From assembly GCA_963844715.1 (NCBI GenBank), contig CAWJPJ010000007.1, forward strand, positions 960,001-1,024,000: a stretch of DNA of 64,000 nt, in the 5' to 3' direction. The position numbers were made by a program, and so were the translations under genes. The DNA comes from an uncultured Phycisphaerales bacterium. GTDB taxonomy: Bacteria > Planctomycetota > Phycisphaerae > Tepidisphaerales > Tepidisphaeraceae. Below, in pieces: positions 40,101 through 49,085 of this stretch. Positions within the stretch are counted from its first letter, which is position 1, and each line of letters opens with the position of its first letter. The notes under the pieces were generated by a model. It ran no database searches. It had not been told where the DNA came from and worked only from the letters and a program-made list of their open reading frames with translations.

Positions 40101-43100
40101 CCCTGACCGCGACGAGCGGCTTGATCAGCGCCAATTCCGGCAGCTTTACGGTCAGCGCGGCATCGGCGTCCCAGGTGGTGTTCTCGCAGCAGCCGACCGA
40201 TGTCGTGATCAATTCGGCGATCAGCCCGTCCATCACTGTGGACGTGGAAGATCAGTTCGGCAATGTCGTCACCGGCGACACTTCCAACGTGACGCTGGCC
40301 ATCAACACGGGCTCCGGATCGATTGGCGGCACCGACACTGTCGCGGCTTCGAGCGGCGTTGCCACATTCGATAATGTGACGATCAATGCACTGGGCGCGC
40401 ATACACTTCATGCTTCAGATGGGAGCCTGACCATCGCGAACTCTTCGAGCTTCACGGTCAATCCCGCGCCGGCGAGCCAGATCGTTTTTGATCAGCAGCC
40501 GACCACTGTGACCGCCGGCAATGCGATCAGCCCGGCGATCACGGCCGATCTTGAAGATCAATTCGGAGACATCGTCACCACCGACACCTCGACCGTGACG
40601 CTGACGGTCGCGAGCGGACCCGGCTCGATCGGCGGGACCGACAGTGTGGCAGCTGTTAGTGGCGTGGCGACATTCAGCAACGTCATCTTCGACACGGCCG
40701 GCAGCTATACGATCAGCGCCGCCAACGGCGTCGCCAGCGCGGCGACGTCGAACAGCTTCACGGTCAATCCGGGCAGCTCCGACAAAGTCGAATTCGTGCA
40801 GAACCCGACGACCGCCACCGCCGGCGTGACGATTTCCCCCGCCGTCACCGTCGCCGTTGAGGATCAATTCGGAAACGTCGTCACCGGCGATACGTCGAAC
40901 GTTATGCTGTCCGTGAACAGCGGGACCGGGTCGTTAAGTGGGACGCTCACCGAAGCGGCTTCCAGCGGCATCGCCACGTTCAGCAATCTTTCCATGACCG
41001 CCGCCGGCGCGAAGACTCTTCTAGCCATAGACGGCAGTCTGGCCGCTGCCGATTCCGGCAGCTTCACGATCGACGCCACGACCGCGACGAAATACGTGTT
41101 CGCCCAGGGACCCAGCGATTCCAGCGCGGGCAGCGCGATCAGCCCCGCGGTTGTGGTTGACATCGAAGACCAGTACGGGAATGTGGTGACGACCTACACG
41201 CAAAATGTCACCCTGTCGGTCAACAGCGGCCCGGGCGTCTTTAGCGGGACGTCTTCGGTGAACGCCGTTGCCGGCGTGGCGACCTTCTCCGATCTGATTC
41301 TGGATACCGCCGGCGCCTACACCATCGATGCCGCCAACGGCATCCTCAGCTTTGCGCTATCGGGTTCGTTCAACGTCAGCGCCGCGGCGGCAAGCAAGTT
41401 GGCATTCTCGACACAGCCCGGCACGAGCACGGCCGGCGCGGATATATCCCCGAGCCCGGTCGTGGACGTGGAGGACCAGTTCGGCAATATCATCACATCC
41501 GACTCCTCCAATGTGACGCTCTCGGTCGCAAGCGGCGGAGGATCGGTCACGGGAACGCCCACCGTCGCGGCGAGCAGCGGCGTGGCGACGTTCAGCGGCG
41601 CCGTCATCGATACAGCCGGGACTCACACGATCGCGGCCTCGGACGGCAGCCTCACTTCCGCGACTTCCAGCAGCTTCACGATCCATCCCGCCGGCGCATC
41701 GCAGATGGTCTTCACGCAGCAGCCGACGACGGTCGCCGCGGGCGTCGCCATCTCGCCGGCCATCACGGTTGCCATCGAAGACCCGTTTGGGAATCTGACC
41801 AACTCCAGCCCGTCGGTTTCGCTGTCCATCGATACCGGGCCCGGATCGATCGGCGGGACCGACTCGGTCTTCGCATCGGGCGGGATTGCAACATTTAATA
41901 ACGTGCTCTTCGATACGGCCGGCAATTACACGCTGACGGTCGCCGCCGGTGGTTTGCCCGACGCGAACTCCGCCAGCTTTACGGTCAATCCTGGAGCCGA
42001 GTCGCTTATTGTCTGGGGCCAGCAGCCGAGCGACGTTGCCGCGGGCGCCGCGATCAGCCCGTCGATGACCGTGGAGGCGGAAGATTCATTCGGCAACATC
42101 GTCACCTCCGACTCGCGCAGCGTGACCCTTGCCGTGGCGACGGGTCCGGGCTCGATTGGCGGGACGGATACGGTCGCCTTCTCCTCCGGCGTGGCGACAT
42201 TCAGCAACGTTAAGTTTGACATGGCCGGAAGCTACTCCATTGCGGCCAGCGATAGCTTCTCCCCTGTGACGACATCCAACAGCTTCACCGTCAGCCCCGC
42301 GGCGGCGTCTCAAGTGGCCTTCGTGCAGCAGCCGAGCACGGTTACGGCGGGAAGCGCCATCAGTCCGGCGATCACCGTCGATGTCGAAGACCCATTCGGA
42401 AACATCGTCACCACGGACAGTTCGAACGTCACGCTGGCGATTCATACCGGCGGCGGCTCGATCGGCGGGACATCCACCGTCGCGGCCTCGAGCGGCGTGG
42501 CGACGTTCAGCGATGTGCTGATCGACACCAGCGGCGCTCACACGCTCGGCGCCAGCGACGGCGTTCTCACCGGCGCTGTGTCGAGTGCGTTTACCGTCAA
42601 TCCCGCGGCGGCTAGCCAATTGGCGTTTGCCCAGCAGCCGAGCACCGTCGCGGCCGGCAGCGCGATCAGCCCGTCGATTGTCGTCGATGTCGAAGATCAG
42701 TATGGAAATATCGTTACCAGCAACAGCTCGAACGTCACCCTTTCGATCAACACCGGGCCGGGCGCCATTGGCGGAACTGATACCGTGGCAGCCTCGAGCG
42801 GCGTGGCGACCTTCAGTAATGTGAAATTGAATACGGCCGGCGCCTACACTCTGGCTGCCAGCGACGGGTCGCTCACCGGCGCGGATTCCAGCAGCTTCAC
42901 CGTCAATCCTGCCGCGGCGAGCCAATTGGTCGTCAATCAGCAGCCGAGCGACGTCACGGCGGGCAGTGCGATCAGTCCCTCGATGACGGTCGATGTTGAA
43001 GATCAATTCGGAAACATTCTGACTGGGAACACGTCGAACGTCACGTTGGCCGTTCATAGCGGAGCTGGATCGATCGGTGGAACCGATACGGTCGCGGCCT

Positions 43101-44068
43101 CGGCAGGCGTGGCGACTTTCGCCAACGTCATCTTCGATACCGCCGGGACGTATACACTGACCGCCAGCGATGGAGCGCTGACAAGCGCGACCACCGGCAG
43201 CTTTACGGTCAGCCCGGCGGCGGCGTCGCAAGTCGCCTTCTCACAGCAGCCCACGCGAACGCTCGTGGCCACCGCGATTACTCCGGCGATGACCGTCAAC
43301 GTGGAAGATCGCTTCGGAAATATCGTGACCAGCGATACGTCCACGATCACTCTTTCCGTTCACACCGGACCGGGCGACCTGACCGGAACCGTCTCCGCGG
43401 CGGCGGTCGGCGGCGTGGCGACGTTCGACAACGTAGTTATCGATATCACCGGCACCTATACGTTGACCGCCAGCGACGGGAGCCTCACCTCGGCGAACTC
43501 CAGTTCGTTCGTGGTCGGGTCCTCCGGCGTGGCGACCCAAATCGTCTTCCTGCAAACGCCCTCGGCGGAGTGGCAGTTTGGGCCGGTCAATGTCCAGGTG
43601 GCCGTCGAAGACGCGTTCGGAAATATCGTGACCGACAGCTCGGCGCCCATCACCATCAGCACCAACGAGACCGGTTCACTCGGCGGGACCATGACGGTCG
43701 ATGCGGACAACGGCGTGGCGACCTTCTCCAATATCTACCTCGCCAAGTCGGGCACGTTCAGCTTCTCAGCCAGCGGCGGGGGATTCAGCGCCGGCAATGG
43801 ATTCAGCGTGCAATCGGTAGCGCTGCCCGTGGTCGTGCGCACGCGTGCCTTGATCAATCCTGCGCCGTTTGATCCGACCTATGTGCTGGGCCTGGAGCGC
43901 TACTTCGGGGCGCAAGTGACCCAGGAAGGTCTCCCCTCCGTCGGACACGGCAATACGCCTCAGCCGGCTGATACCGACACGCCCGCCATCGCGGCCGCGT
44001 TCACCCCGACGCCGACCGCCAGCGCGCAGTCCGACAATCTCGACTACACGAATCCGTTGTTGAATTAA
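37106..44068 (+). CDS. Giant LEPR-XLL exoprotein: 7 beta-propeller-type repeats + 18 Ig-like repeats (putative adhesin); true start possibly 36996 or 37026
   Basis: VEPLEQRLLLS; seven G.LYGT..GG...G.IFEL repeats (about 37175-38335); eighteen ~100-aa repeats, each with an EDQ(F/Y)GN-type motif (about 38340-43820). Confidence 0.88.
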   Translation: MAKSGGPRNYVVEPLEQRLLLSINTLAYFTGTSGADPGNNNTATIAEGAPVMDASGNLYGVTPTGGANNNGEIWELAAGATSITVLYNFSAVNGQGENADGINPYGGLLIDGSGNLYGTASAGGASAIGTIFEYSTTGSTFSTLASFQGSNFPTAKPLGTLIMDGSKNLYGTTEVGGNGTIFELAWNGSSYATLPSVLYAFQGTTDGKNPYGGLVMDGSGDIFGTTKSSGTGTPADGVIFELAAGATATTTLYTFTGTPDGKDPLSSLIIDSNGDLFGTAEQGGANSDGSLFELTKSGGSYSTALTILYAFKGGASTPELPYGGPIEDSKGDLFGTLELKGDGTTGNGAVYELPAGATTLTVLYEFTPLTGSDNTDGANPFGPLLMNKGNLYGTTAMGGTSGDGTIFEIPSTTKLAFGTQPASTTAGTLSSFTVDVEDTYGNILTGDSSSVTLTVASGPGSIGGTDTVAAVAGVATFNNVTITKAGSYTLTAADTGDTSATSSSFTISAASASQVVYAQQPSNVTAGVANSPAITVDVEDQYGNIVASDSSNVTLSVASGGGSVSGTSTVAASSGVATFSNLIVDTAGAHTLLASDGSLTTATSNSFTVSVAGAAQLAFLQQPTTADAGSTISPSVTVEVEDQFGNVVTTDSSNVTLSLNSGSGSLSGTLTEAASSGVATFGNLSMTDAGSKTLLASDGSLTTATSSSFTISALSASKIAFVQQPSDVAAGDANSPSITVDVEDQYGNLVTGDGSNVTLSINSGPGSIGGTDMVAASGGVATFSNVILDTAGSYTLAAADGSLTGADSSSFTVSAASANKLAFDQQPSTATAGVAISPAITVDVEDQFGNIVTTDTSNVTLSRNSGFGTPSGTLTVAAVAGVATFSNVIQDGSGAHTLAASDGSLTGATSNSFTINAAAASQIIWGQGPSDVTAGVANSPEIILNIDDQYGNVVTSNNSDVTLTVHSGPGSLSGTDTVAFSSGVAQLDNVIIDTAGAYTLTATSGLISANSGSFTVSAASASQVVFSQQPTDVVINSAISPSITVDVEDQFGNVVTGDTSNVTLAINTGSGSIGGTDTVAASSGVATFDNVTINALGAHTLHASDGSLTIANSSSFTVNPAPASQIVFDQQPTTVTAGNAISPAITADLEDQFGDIVTTDTSTVTLTVASGPGSIGGTDSVAAVSGVATFSNVIFDTAGSYTISAANGVASAATSNSFTVNPGSSDKVEFVQNPTTATAGVTISPAVTVAVEDQFGNVVTGDTSNVMLSVNSGTGSLSGTLTEAASSGIATFSNLSMTAAGAKTLLAIDGSLAAADSGSFTIDATTATKYVFAQGPSDSSAGSAISPAVVVDIEDQYGNVVTTYTQNVTLSVNSGPGVFSGTSSVNAVAGVATFSDLILDTAGAYTIDAANGILSFALSGSFNVSAAAASKLAFSTQPGTSTAGADISPSPVVDVEDQFGNIITSDSSNVTLSVASGGGSVTGTPTVAASSGVATFSGAVIDTAGTHTIAASDGSLTSATSSSFTIHPAGASQMVFTQQPTTVAAGVAISPAITVAIEDPFGNLTNSSPSVSLSIDTGPGSIGGTDSVFASGGIATFNNVLFDTAGNYTLTVAAGGLPDANSASFTVNPGAESLIVWGQQPSDVAAGAAISPSMTVEAEDSFGNIVTSDSRSVTLAVATGPGSIGGTDTVAFSSGVATFSNVKFDMAGSYSIAASDSFSPVTTSNSFTVSPAAASQVAFVQQPSTVTAGSAISPAITVDVEDPFGNIVTTDSSNVTLAIHTGGGSIGGTSTVAASSGVATFSDVLIDTSGAHTLGASDGVLTGAVSSAFTVNPAAASQLAFAQQPSTVAAGSAISPSIVVDVEDQYGNIVTSNSSNVTLSINTGPGAIGGTDTVAASSGVATFSNVKLNTAGAYTLAASDGSLTGADSSSFTVNPAAASQLVVNQQPSDVTAGSAISPSMTVDVEDQFGNILTGNTSNVTLAVHSGAGSIGGTDTVAASAGVATFANVIFDTAGTYTLTASDGALTSATTGSFTVSPAAASQVAFSQQPTRTLVATAITPAMTVNVEDRFGNIVTSDTSTITLSVHTGPGDLTGTVSAAAVGGVATFDNVVIDITGTYTLTASDGSLTSANSSSFVVGSSGVATQIVFLQTPSAEWQFGPVNVQVAVEDAFGNIVTDSSAPITISTNETGSLGGTMTVDADNGVATFSNIYLAKSGTFSFSASGGGFSAGNGFSVQSVALPVVVRTRALINPAPFDPTYVLGLERYFGAQVTQEGLPSVGHGNTPQPADTDTPAIAAAFTPTPTASAQSDNLDYTNPLLN

Positions 44069-44209
44069 TTGGTTTTCTTAGCCACTCGCTTGCACGGCTT
44101 GCGCGAGCGCGGACGCGCCGCGGTGTCTGAAAGTCGGCATTGCCGTTAATGGCGCGAACGGATCGTGTCGGCCAATCGCCGCGCCGCCGGGAATCATCGG
44201 ATGGCAAAA

Positions 44210-44959
44210 TCAAAATTGGTAGGGCGAGAGATAGGGCTCTTCCGGCGCGGGGATTTGAACGATCTGATCGGCGCGGATGGTTGGAATCGTTTGCCCGTCC
44301 TTGCTTTGCAACTGGAGCGTTCCCTCGACATGTACCCACTGGTCGTCCTTGAATCGGCTTGCCATGGGCGAAGTCACCACCACCTGCACGGGCATGGCGT
44401 CGGCAGCGCAGCACACGACAACGAATCGGAAAATCACCATTTGTCCGTTGGGAAGCGAGGGATCCATCCAGACGCGCCCCTCGGTGGCGATGTGCGTGCC
44501 GTTTAGCCGAGTGAGATTTCGGGCGATCGTGCCCAGATTAATCGACTTGCTGGTATCGATTGGGGCATCGCTCGAATCGGTTCCGAGGGACATCCCCAAA
44601 CCCAGGGACCGCTTCTGCAAGGCAAAGCTGTTTAGCCCTGACGCCGCCGAGCCGGAGATCAGGCTTCCCATATAAATGACCGGCAGCAAAATCATTCCCC
44701 CGCGCACCCACGCCCCGGCCGAGACGCGCCCGCCATGCGCCGGGCGCAGAAACATCGCGACGATGAATAGAGCCAGAATGATCACGCTAGCCAGAAGCAG
44801 CGGCCAAAGTTCGGCGCGGATGAAAAGCGAATACCGCCCGGCGATCAGAATCGCCGTGAGGCCGACGGTCCATCCGCCGAGCACCGTGGCTCGCCATCGG
44901 CTGCTTGAGGTTGTCAAAGGCCCGATCATCTTAGTTGTGCCGCAAATAGGTAATGCCAC
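44210..44959 (-). CDS. TIGR03943/YcgQ-family putative permease subunit
   Basis: 3 TM segments, RFVVVCCAADA and DQWVHVEG..P.EPYL. Confidence 0.85.
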   Translation of the reverse strand: MALPICGTTKMIGPLTTSSSRWRATVLGGWTVGLTAILIAGRYSLFIRAELWPLLLASVIILALFIVAMFLRPAHGGRVSAGAWVRGGMILLPVIYMGSLISGSAASGLNSFALQKRSLGLGMSLGTDSSDAPIDTSKSINLGTIARNLTRLNGTHIATEGRVWMDPSLPNGQMVIFRFVVVCCAADAMPVQVVVTSPMASRFKDDQWVHVEGTLQLQSKDGQTIPTIRADQIVQIPAPEEPYLSPYQF

Positions 44960-46083
44960 GCGATCATCAGCACGAACACGAAGCTGTACATGAGGACCAC
45001 GAGCACGATGAACGTCCGCTTACGAATGAAGCTGAGGTACATGGCCGAGAGTTTCAGGTCGAGCATCGGTCCCAGCACCATGAAACCCATCTGCGCCGAC
45101 AAAGGCAGGACCGATCGGAACGACGCCGCCACAAACGCATCCGCGCCCGAGCAGAGATTCAGCACGACCGCCAGCCCCATCATGATCATAATCGCCAGCG
45201 CCGGCGCGTGCGCCATCAGCAGAAAAGTCTGGCGCGGAATAACCGTCTGACAGATCGCGGCGAAAAAAGCGCCGAACACCAGGTATTGTCCCACCGAAAG
45301 AAAATCGTCTCCGGCATGATTAACGGCTTCGGCCAATCGGCTCCACAGCGGCGGCGTTTTGTGATGATGAGAGTGATCGTGGTCGTGATCATGATCGTGC
45401 CCGTGATCGTGATCGTGTTCGTGACGATCGTGATCTCCGTGATCGTGCCCGCAACCGCACGATTCGCCCTGCGATTCGCCTGTTTTCATCGAATCAAGCA
45501 GGGCCGAATGCCCTGGGAAAAAGCGATCCATGCAAAGCGCGACGGAAACGGCAACCACGTATCCAAAGACCATTCTGGCGGCCAGGACATGCCAGTTCCA
45601 GGCATATGCCATGAGGGTCGCCGAACCGACCAGGACATTGACGATCGGCCCGGCCAGGAGATACGCCACCGCCGTGGAAAACGGCACGCCTTTGCGCACC
45701 AGCCTTCGCGTGAACGGAATTACCGCGCATTCGCATACGGGAAGCAGCAGGCCCAGGCTTGCGGCGACCAAAATCCCCAGGATTTTCCGCTCCGGCAGAA
45801 GCCTGACCACCATTTCCCGCGGAACGAATACCTCGAACAATCCGCCAAGCAGCGACCCGAGCATCACGAACGGCAATGCTTCCAAAATAATGCTGACGAA
45901 GGAAAGCCCCATCGCCGTCCCCGGCGGCGTGCCGTGCATCGCCAGCAACAGCGCAACGGCCAGCAGTAGAAAGAGCGCGCCGGCGAGGGTCCAAAAAGAA
46001 ATGCTCCGCCCAACAGGGATTTCGTATCGAAACGGCTTCTTGTCGCCAGTTTGCGCGGGAAGAGTGGTTGAGGACTGGCTCAT
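44926..46083 (-). CDS. DUF318/YcgR-family permease with His-rich loop
   Basis: SIILEALPF, PVCECAVIP, LNLCSGADAFVA, GPMLDLK; (HD)n tract at about 45360-45450. Confidence 0.88.
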   Translation of the reverse strand: MSQSSTTLPAQTGDKKPFRYEIPVGRSISFWTLAGALFLLLAVALLLAMHGTPPGTAMGLSFVSIILEALPFVMLGSLLGGLFEVFVPREMVVRLLPERKILGILVAASLGLLLPVCECAVIPFTRRLVRKGVPFSTAVAYLLAGPIVNVLVGSATLMAYAWNWHVLAARMVFGYVVAVSVALCMDRFFPGHSALLDSMKTGESQGESCGCGHDHGDHDRHEHDHDHGHDHDHDHDHSHHHKTPPLWSRLAEAVNHAGDDFLSVGQYLVFGAFFAAICQTVIPRQTFLLMAHAPALAIMIMMGLAVVLNLCSGADAFVAASFRSVLPLSAQMGFMVLGPMLDLKLSAMYLSFIRKRTFIVLVVLMYSFVFVLMIAWHYLFAAQLR

Positions 46084-46146
46084 GCTTTGAGGGCGTCAAA
46101 CAATTCGGTCAGTCTCGGATCAGTGCGGTCCCGCGCTGGCGGCGCC

Positions 46147-46584
46147 TCAATCGTGATGACAGTCCCGACACGTCCCATGGAGAAGAACTTCGGAGTAGGC
46201 TACGCGATATCCGCTGCGCACGCGATACGAATTTTTAGTATTTTTCGCCGCCGGCGCGTCGTCGAGACATTCGACGGCCCCACACTCATCGCACACAAAA
46301 TGCGCGTGGTCGTGTTTGGCCGCGCCGTGCTGCGATCCATATCCATATCGCCATACCTGGTCATCTCCCCGGACGCGATGTACCAGATTCTTTTCGGTAA
46401 ACGTCTGCAAGGTTCGATAAAGGGTCACGTTGTCAGTTCCCTCGGGCAGCTTTTCAAGGATTTGCGGGGCGCTCAGCGGCTGGCGCGAGCCGGAGAGGAT
46501 CGACAGTACGCCGGTCCGCACCGGGGTCCGGCGCAGGCCGGCTTCATGAAGCAAATCGGCGGGTTTTCTGTCAGTTTTGTCCAC
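46147..46584 (-). CDS. Fur-family metal-responsive transcriptional regulator
   Basis: GLRRTPVR, VTLYRTL, HAHFVCDECG, GTCRDC. Confidence 0.9.
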   Translation of the reverse strand: MDKTDRKPADLLHEAGLRRTPVRTGVLSILSGSRQPLSAPQILEKLPEGTDNVTLYRTLQTFTEKNLVHRVRGDDQVWRYGYGSQHGAAKHDHAHFVCDECGAVECLDDAPAAKNTKNSYRVRSGYRVAYSEVLLHGTCRDCHHD

Positions 46585-46784
46585 AACGCGATTATAGCAT
46601 TCGCTTATCTCCGATGCCTGAGACGGAATTATCGGACCAGCGAAATACGAGAAAATTTTCGCAAAAAATCGGTCCTGGCGTCCGGCGTTATCTTTCGTGC
46701 GGGGCGCGTGTTACCGCCGAAATAAGGGTAATCCGCCGGTCCAGCGGCGGCTCGCTTTGAGCTTCGTCATGGAAGAAATCCGCC

Positions 46785-47324
46785 ATGTCGCGCAACTACA
46801 CCGGTGACGTGGAGGATGTGGAACTTGCGGCCAAGGCCGCGCAGGGCGACGCAGCGGCTTTCCATGCCTTGGTGGATCGGCACTCCGACCGGCTCTTTCG
46901 CATCGCCATCGCTCTCGTCGGGAATAACGCCGACGCGGAAGACGTTTTGCAGGAAACGCTCATTGGCGCGTTTCGAAGTTTGAAGGGATTCCAAGGGCGA
47001 GCGTCGGTCAAAACGTGGCTGACGCGAATTCTGATGATCCAGGCGGCGCGCTTTCGCCGCGGCAGACGCAAAACGGAGCCGATTTCGGAATCAGAGGCGG
47101 CAAAGACGGGCGGTGCCCAGAGCGTGGAAGCGAAAATGGATGTGAATGCGGCGTTGACGGAACTGTCGCCGGAGCATCGGCAAGTGATCGTTCTTCGGGA
47201 ACTGGAACATTTGTCCTACGAGGAAATCGCCGAGGTTCTCGAGGTGCCGCAGGGAACTGTCGAATCGCGCCTCCATCGGGCCCGCTCGGCGCTGCGGGAA
47301 AAATTAAAGGCGTATCTCGGCTAG
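46785..47324 (+). CDS. ECF RNA polymerase sigma factor
   Basis: DAEDVLQE, SVKTWLTRI, LSYEEIAEVL..GTVESRLHRAR. Confidence 0.93.
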   Translation: MSRNYTGDVEDVELAAKAAQGDAAAFHALVDRHSDRLFRIAIALVGNNADAEDVLQETLIGAFRSLKGFQGRASVKTWLTRILMIQAARFRRGRRKTEPISESEAAKTGGAQSVEAKMDVNAALTELSPEHRQVIVLRELEHLSYEEIAEVLEVPQGTVESRLHRARSALREKLKAYLG

Positions 47325-47349
47325 GCAGACCTGGCCGAACGTGATTTGA

Positions 47350-47810
47350 ATGGCGGATTGCGAATTCAAACAATTTCTGATGGCGTACCACGATGGCGCT
47401 CTGGACGCGGCGCTTCGCGAGCAGATGGACCGCCATCTTCCGCACTGTCCTGCCTGTGCGGCGGAACTGGCGCAGCTCCGCTCGCTCTCCAATCTCATCG
47501 AAACAAATGTCTCCCTTCCGGCGGGATTGTCGCAGATCGAGCGGCACCGCCTTCACGCGCGGGTTGACGCCGCCATGGATGAAGGCGTCTTGCGCGCTGC
47601 GCGGATCATCAGCGCGATTGCGGCGTGCGTTCTGGCGGGGTGCTCGATCGGCCTGATGCACTCGAGCCAGCTATCCCCCGCGCCTCCGCCGTGGGTCGAT
47701 GTGGCGGCGCAGGCGGATGCGAGCGCGACCGCGCCAGCGCCGAAGCGAGCACGCCGGCGGCCGTCTGGTATCTCGCCAGCGCGTCGGGTCGATCGGACGA
47801 ATCGCCGTAG
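47350..47810 (+). CDS. Zinc-binding (zf-HC2) anti-sigma factor; frameshift near 47735
   Basis: YHDGAL..HLPHCPAC plus a TM helix, directly after the ECF sigma. Confidence 0.82.
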
Positions 47811-47824
47811 ATTTTGGAGCCGGT

Positions 47825-48369
47825 ATGACGCGTCGAAAAATTATCCTGGGCGTGACGGCGTTCCTGGTGCTGGGCGCGGGGCTGGCGATCGGGCGATTGA
47901 CCGCGCGCTTCCCCGGCCCGTTCCACGAACACGGAGCGCCCCCCTCTTGGCTCGTCGATCAGCTCAATCTATCCCCCGACCAGCATGCGGCGATAAACGC
48001 GATCTGGGACGACACCAAGCAAAAAATGCAGGACCTCGGCCACCAACGGCACGACCTCGATCTCAATCGCGACAAGTCTGTTCGAGATTTGCTGACCGAT
48101 CAGCAGAAGGCCGCATACGACAAAATTTACGCCGACTATCACGCTCAGAGGGCGCAACTCGATCAGCAGCGTTCGGCGTTGATGCACGATGCGGACCAGC
48201 ACAGCCGCGACCTGCTCGACGATGCGCAGAAAGCGCAATGGGACGAATTGACAAAGGAATTCTTGCGCACCACGGCCCGCACGAACCGGGTGGTCCTGCC
48301 GGACCCGGCGGTCCTCCTGATCAGGGCCCTCCCGGCGGCGCCCAGCCGCCGGCGGCCACCCAACCTTGA
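47825..48369 (+). CDS. Spy/CpxP-like periplasmic helical protein; frameshift near 48265
   Basis: Signal/TM segment; repeated LSPDQ, LTDQQ and LDDAQ (LTxxQ-like) motifs. Confidence 0.7.
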
Positions 48370-48416
48370 ACAACAGGCAACTTTTCCAATACCCAATCGC
48401 TGAAAGGAGCGAAGTC

Positions 48417-49055
48417 ATGACGGTGAAAGGCATCAGAATCGGATGGTTAACTTCCCTAGCGCTGGTCGGTTTGCTGGCGCTACCCGTCCTCAGCCAGGTC
48501 GACAACGGCGGCGGAGGCGGCGGTCAGAACAACAATAATAACAACGGCGGTGGTCCCGGCGGCGGTGGACCGGGCGGCGGCGGAGGGGGTGGTGGCGGCG
48601 GAGGCGGTGGTGGGGGAGGCGGCGGCGGGCGCAGGTTTGATCCCGCCCAGATGCGTCAGCGAATGATGCAACGCCTCCAGCAGGACCTGGGAGCTTCCGA
48701 CGATGAATTTGCCGTCCTTGAACCCAAGATTGACGCCGTGATGCAGCTTCGCCGCGATGCTGGCGGCGGCTTCAATCCGCGGATGTTCATGCGTCGCGGC
48801 GGCGGCGGTGGCGGCGGAGATGCCGGCGGCGCCAGCACCCAGCCGCAATCGCCTGCCCAACAGGCGGTCTCGGATCTGCAATCGACGCTGGACGACGCCA
48901 GCGCCACGCCCGATCAGATCAAGAGCAAACTCGACACGCTTCGCCAGGCCCGAGCGCAGGCGAAAGCCGATTTGTCCAAGAGCGAGGACGATCTGCGCAG
49001 CCTCCTGACTCAGCGGCAGGAAGCCCAGCTCGTGCTTTACGGCATCCTCGACTGA
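48417..49055 (+). CDS. Gly-rich exported helical protein (LTxxQ-like)
   Basis: RBS AAGGAG, signal peptide, poly-Gly tracts, C-terminal LLTQRQEAQLVLYGILD. Confidence 0.75.
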   Translation: MTVKGIRIGWLTSLALVGLLALPVLSQVDNGGGGGGQNNNNNNGGGPGGGGPGGGGGGGGGGGGGGGGGGGRRFDPAQMRQRMMQRLQQDLGASDDEFAVLEPKIDAVMQLRRDAGGGFNPRMFMRRGGGGGGGDAGGASTQPQSPAQQAVSDLQSTLDDASATPDQIKSKLDTLRQARAQAKADLSKSEDDLRSLLTQRQEAQLVLYGILD

Positions 49056-49085
49056 TGCCGCGTTTTTTTCACAGGATGTGCGACC

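Noticed and set aside
48505..48630. GGC/GGT tracts (also about 59065-59130 and 59470-59560) as contingency repeats
   Set aside because: Mixed-codon, in-frame poly-Gly linkers typical of these proteins, not pure microsatellites
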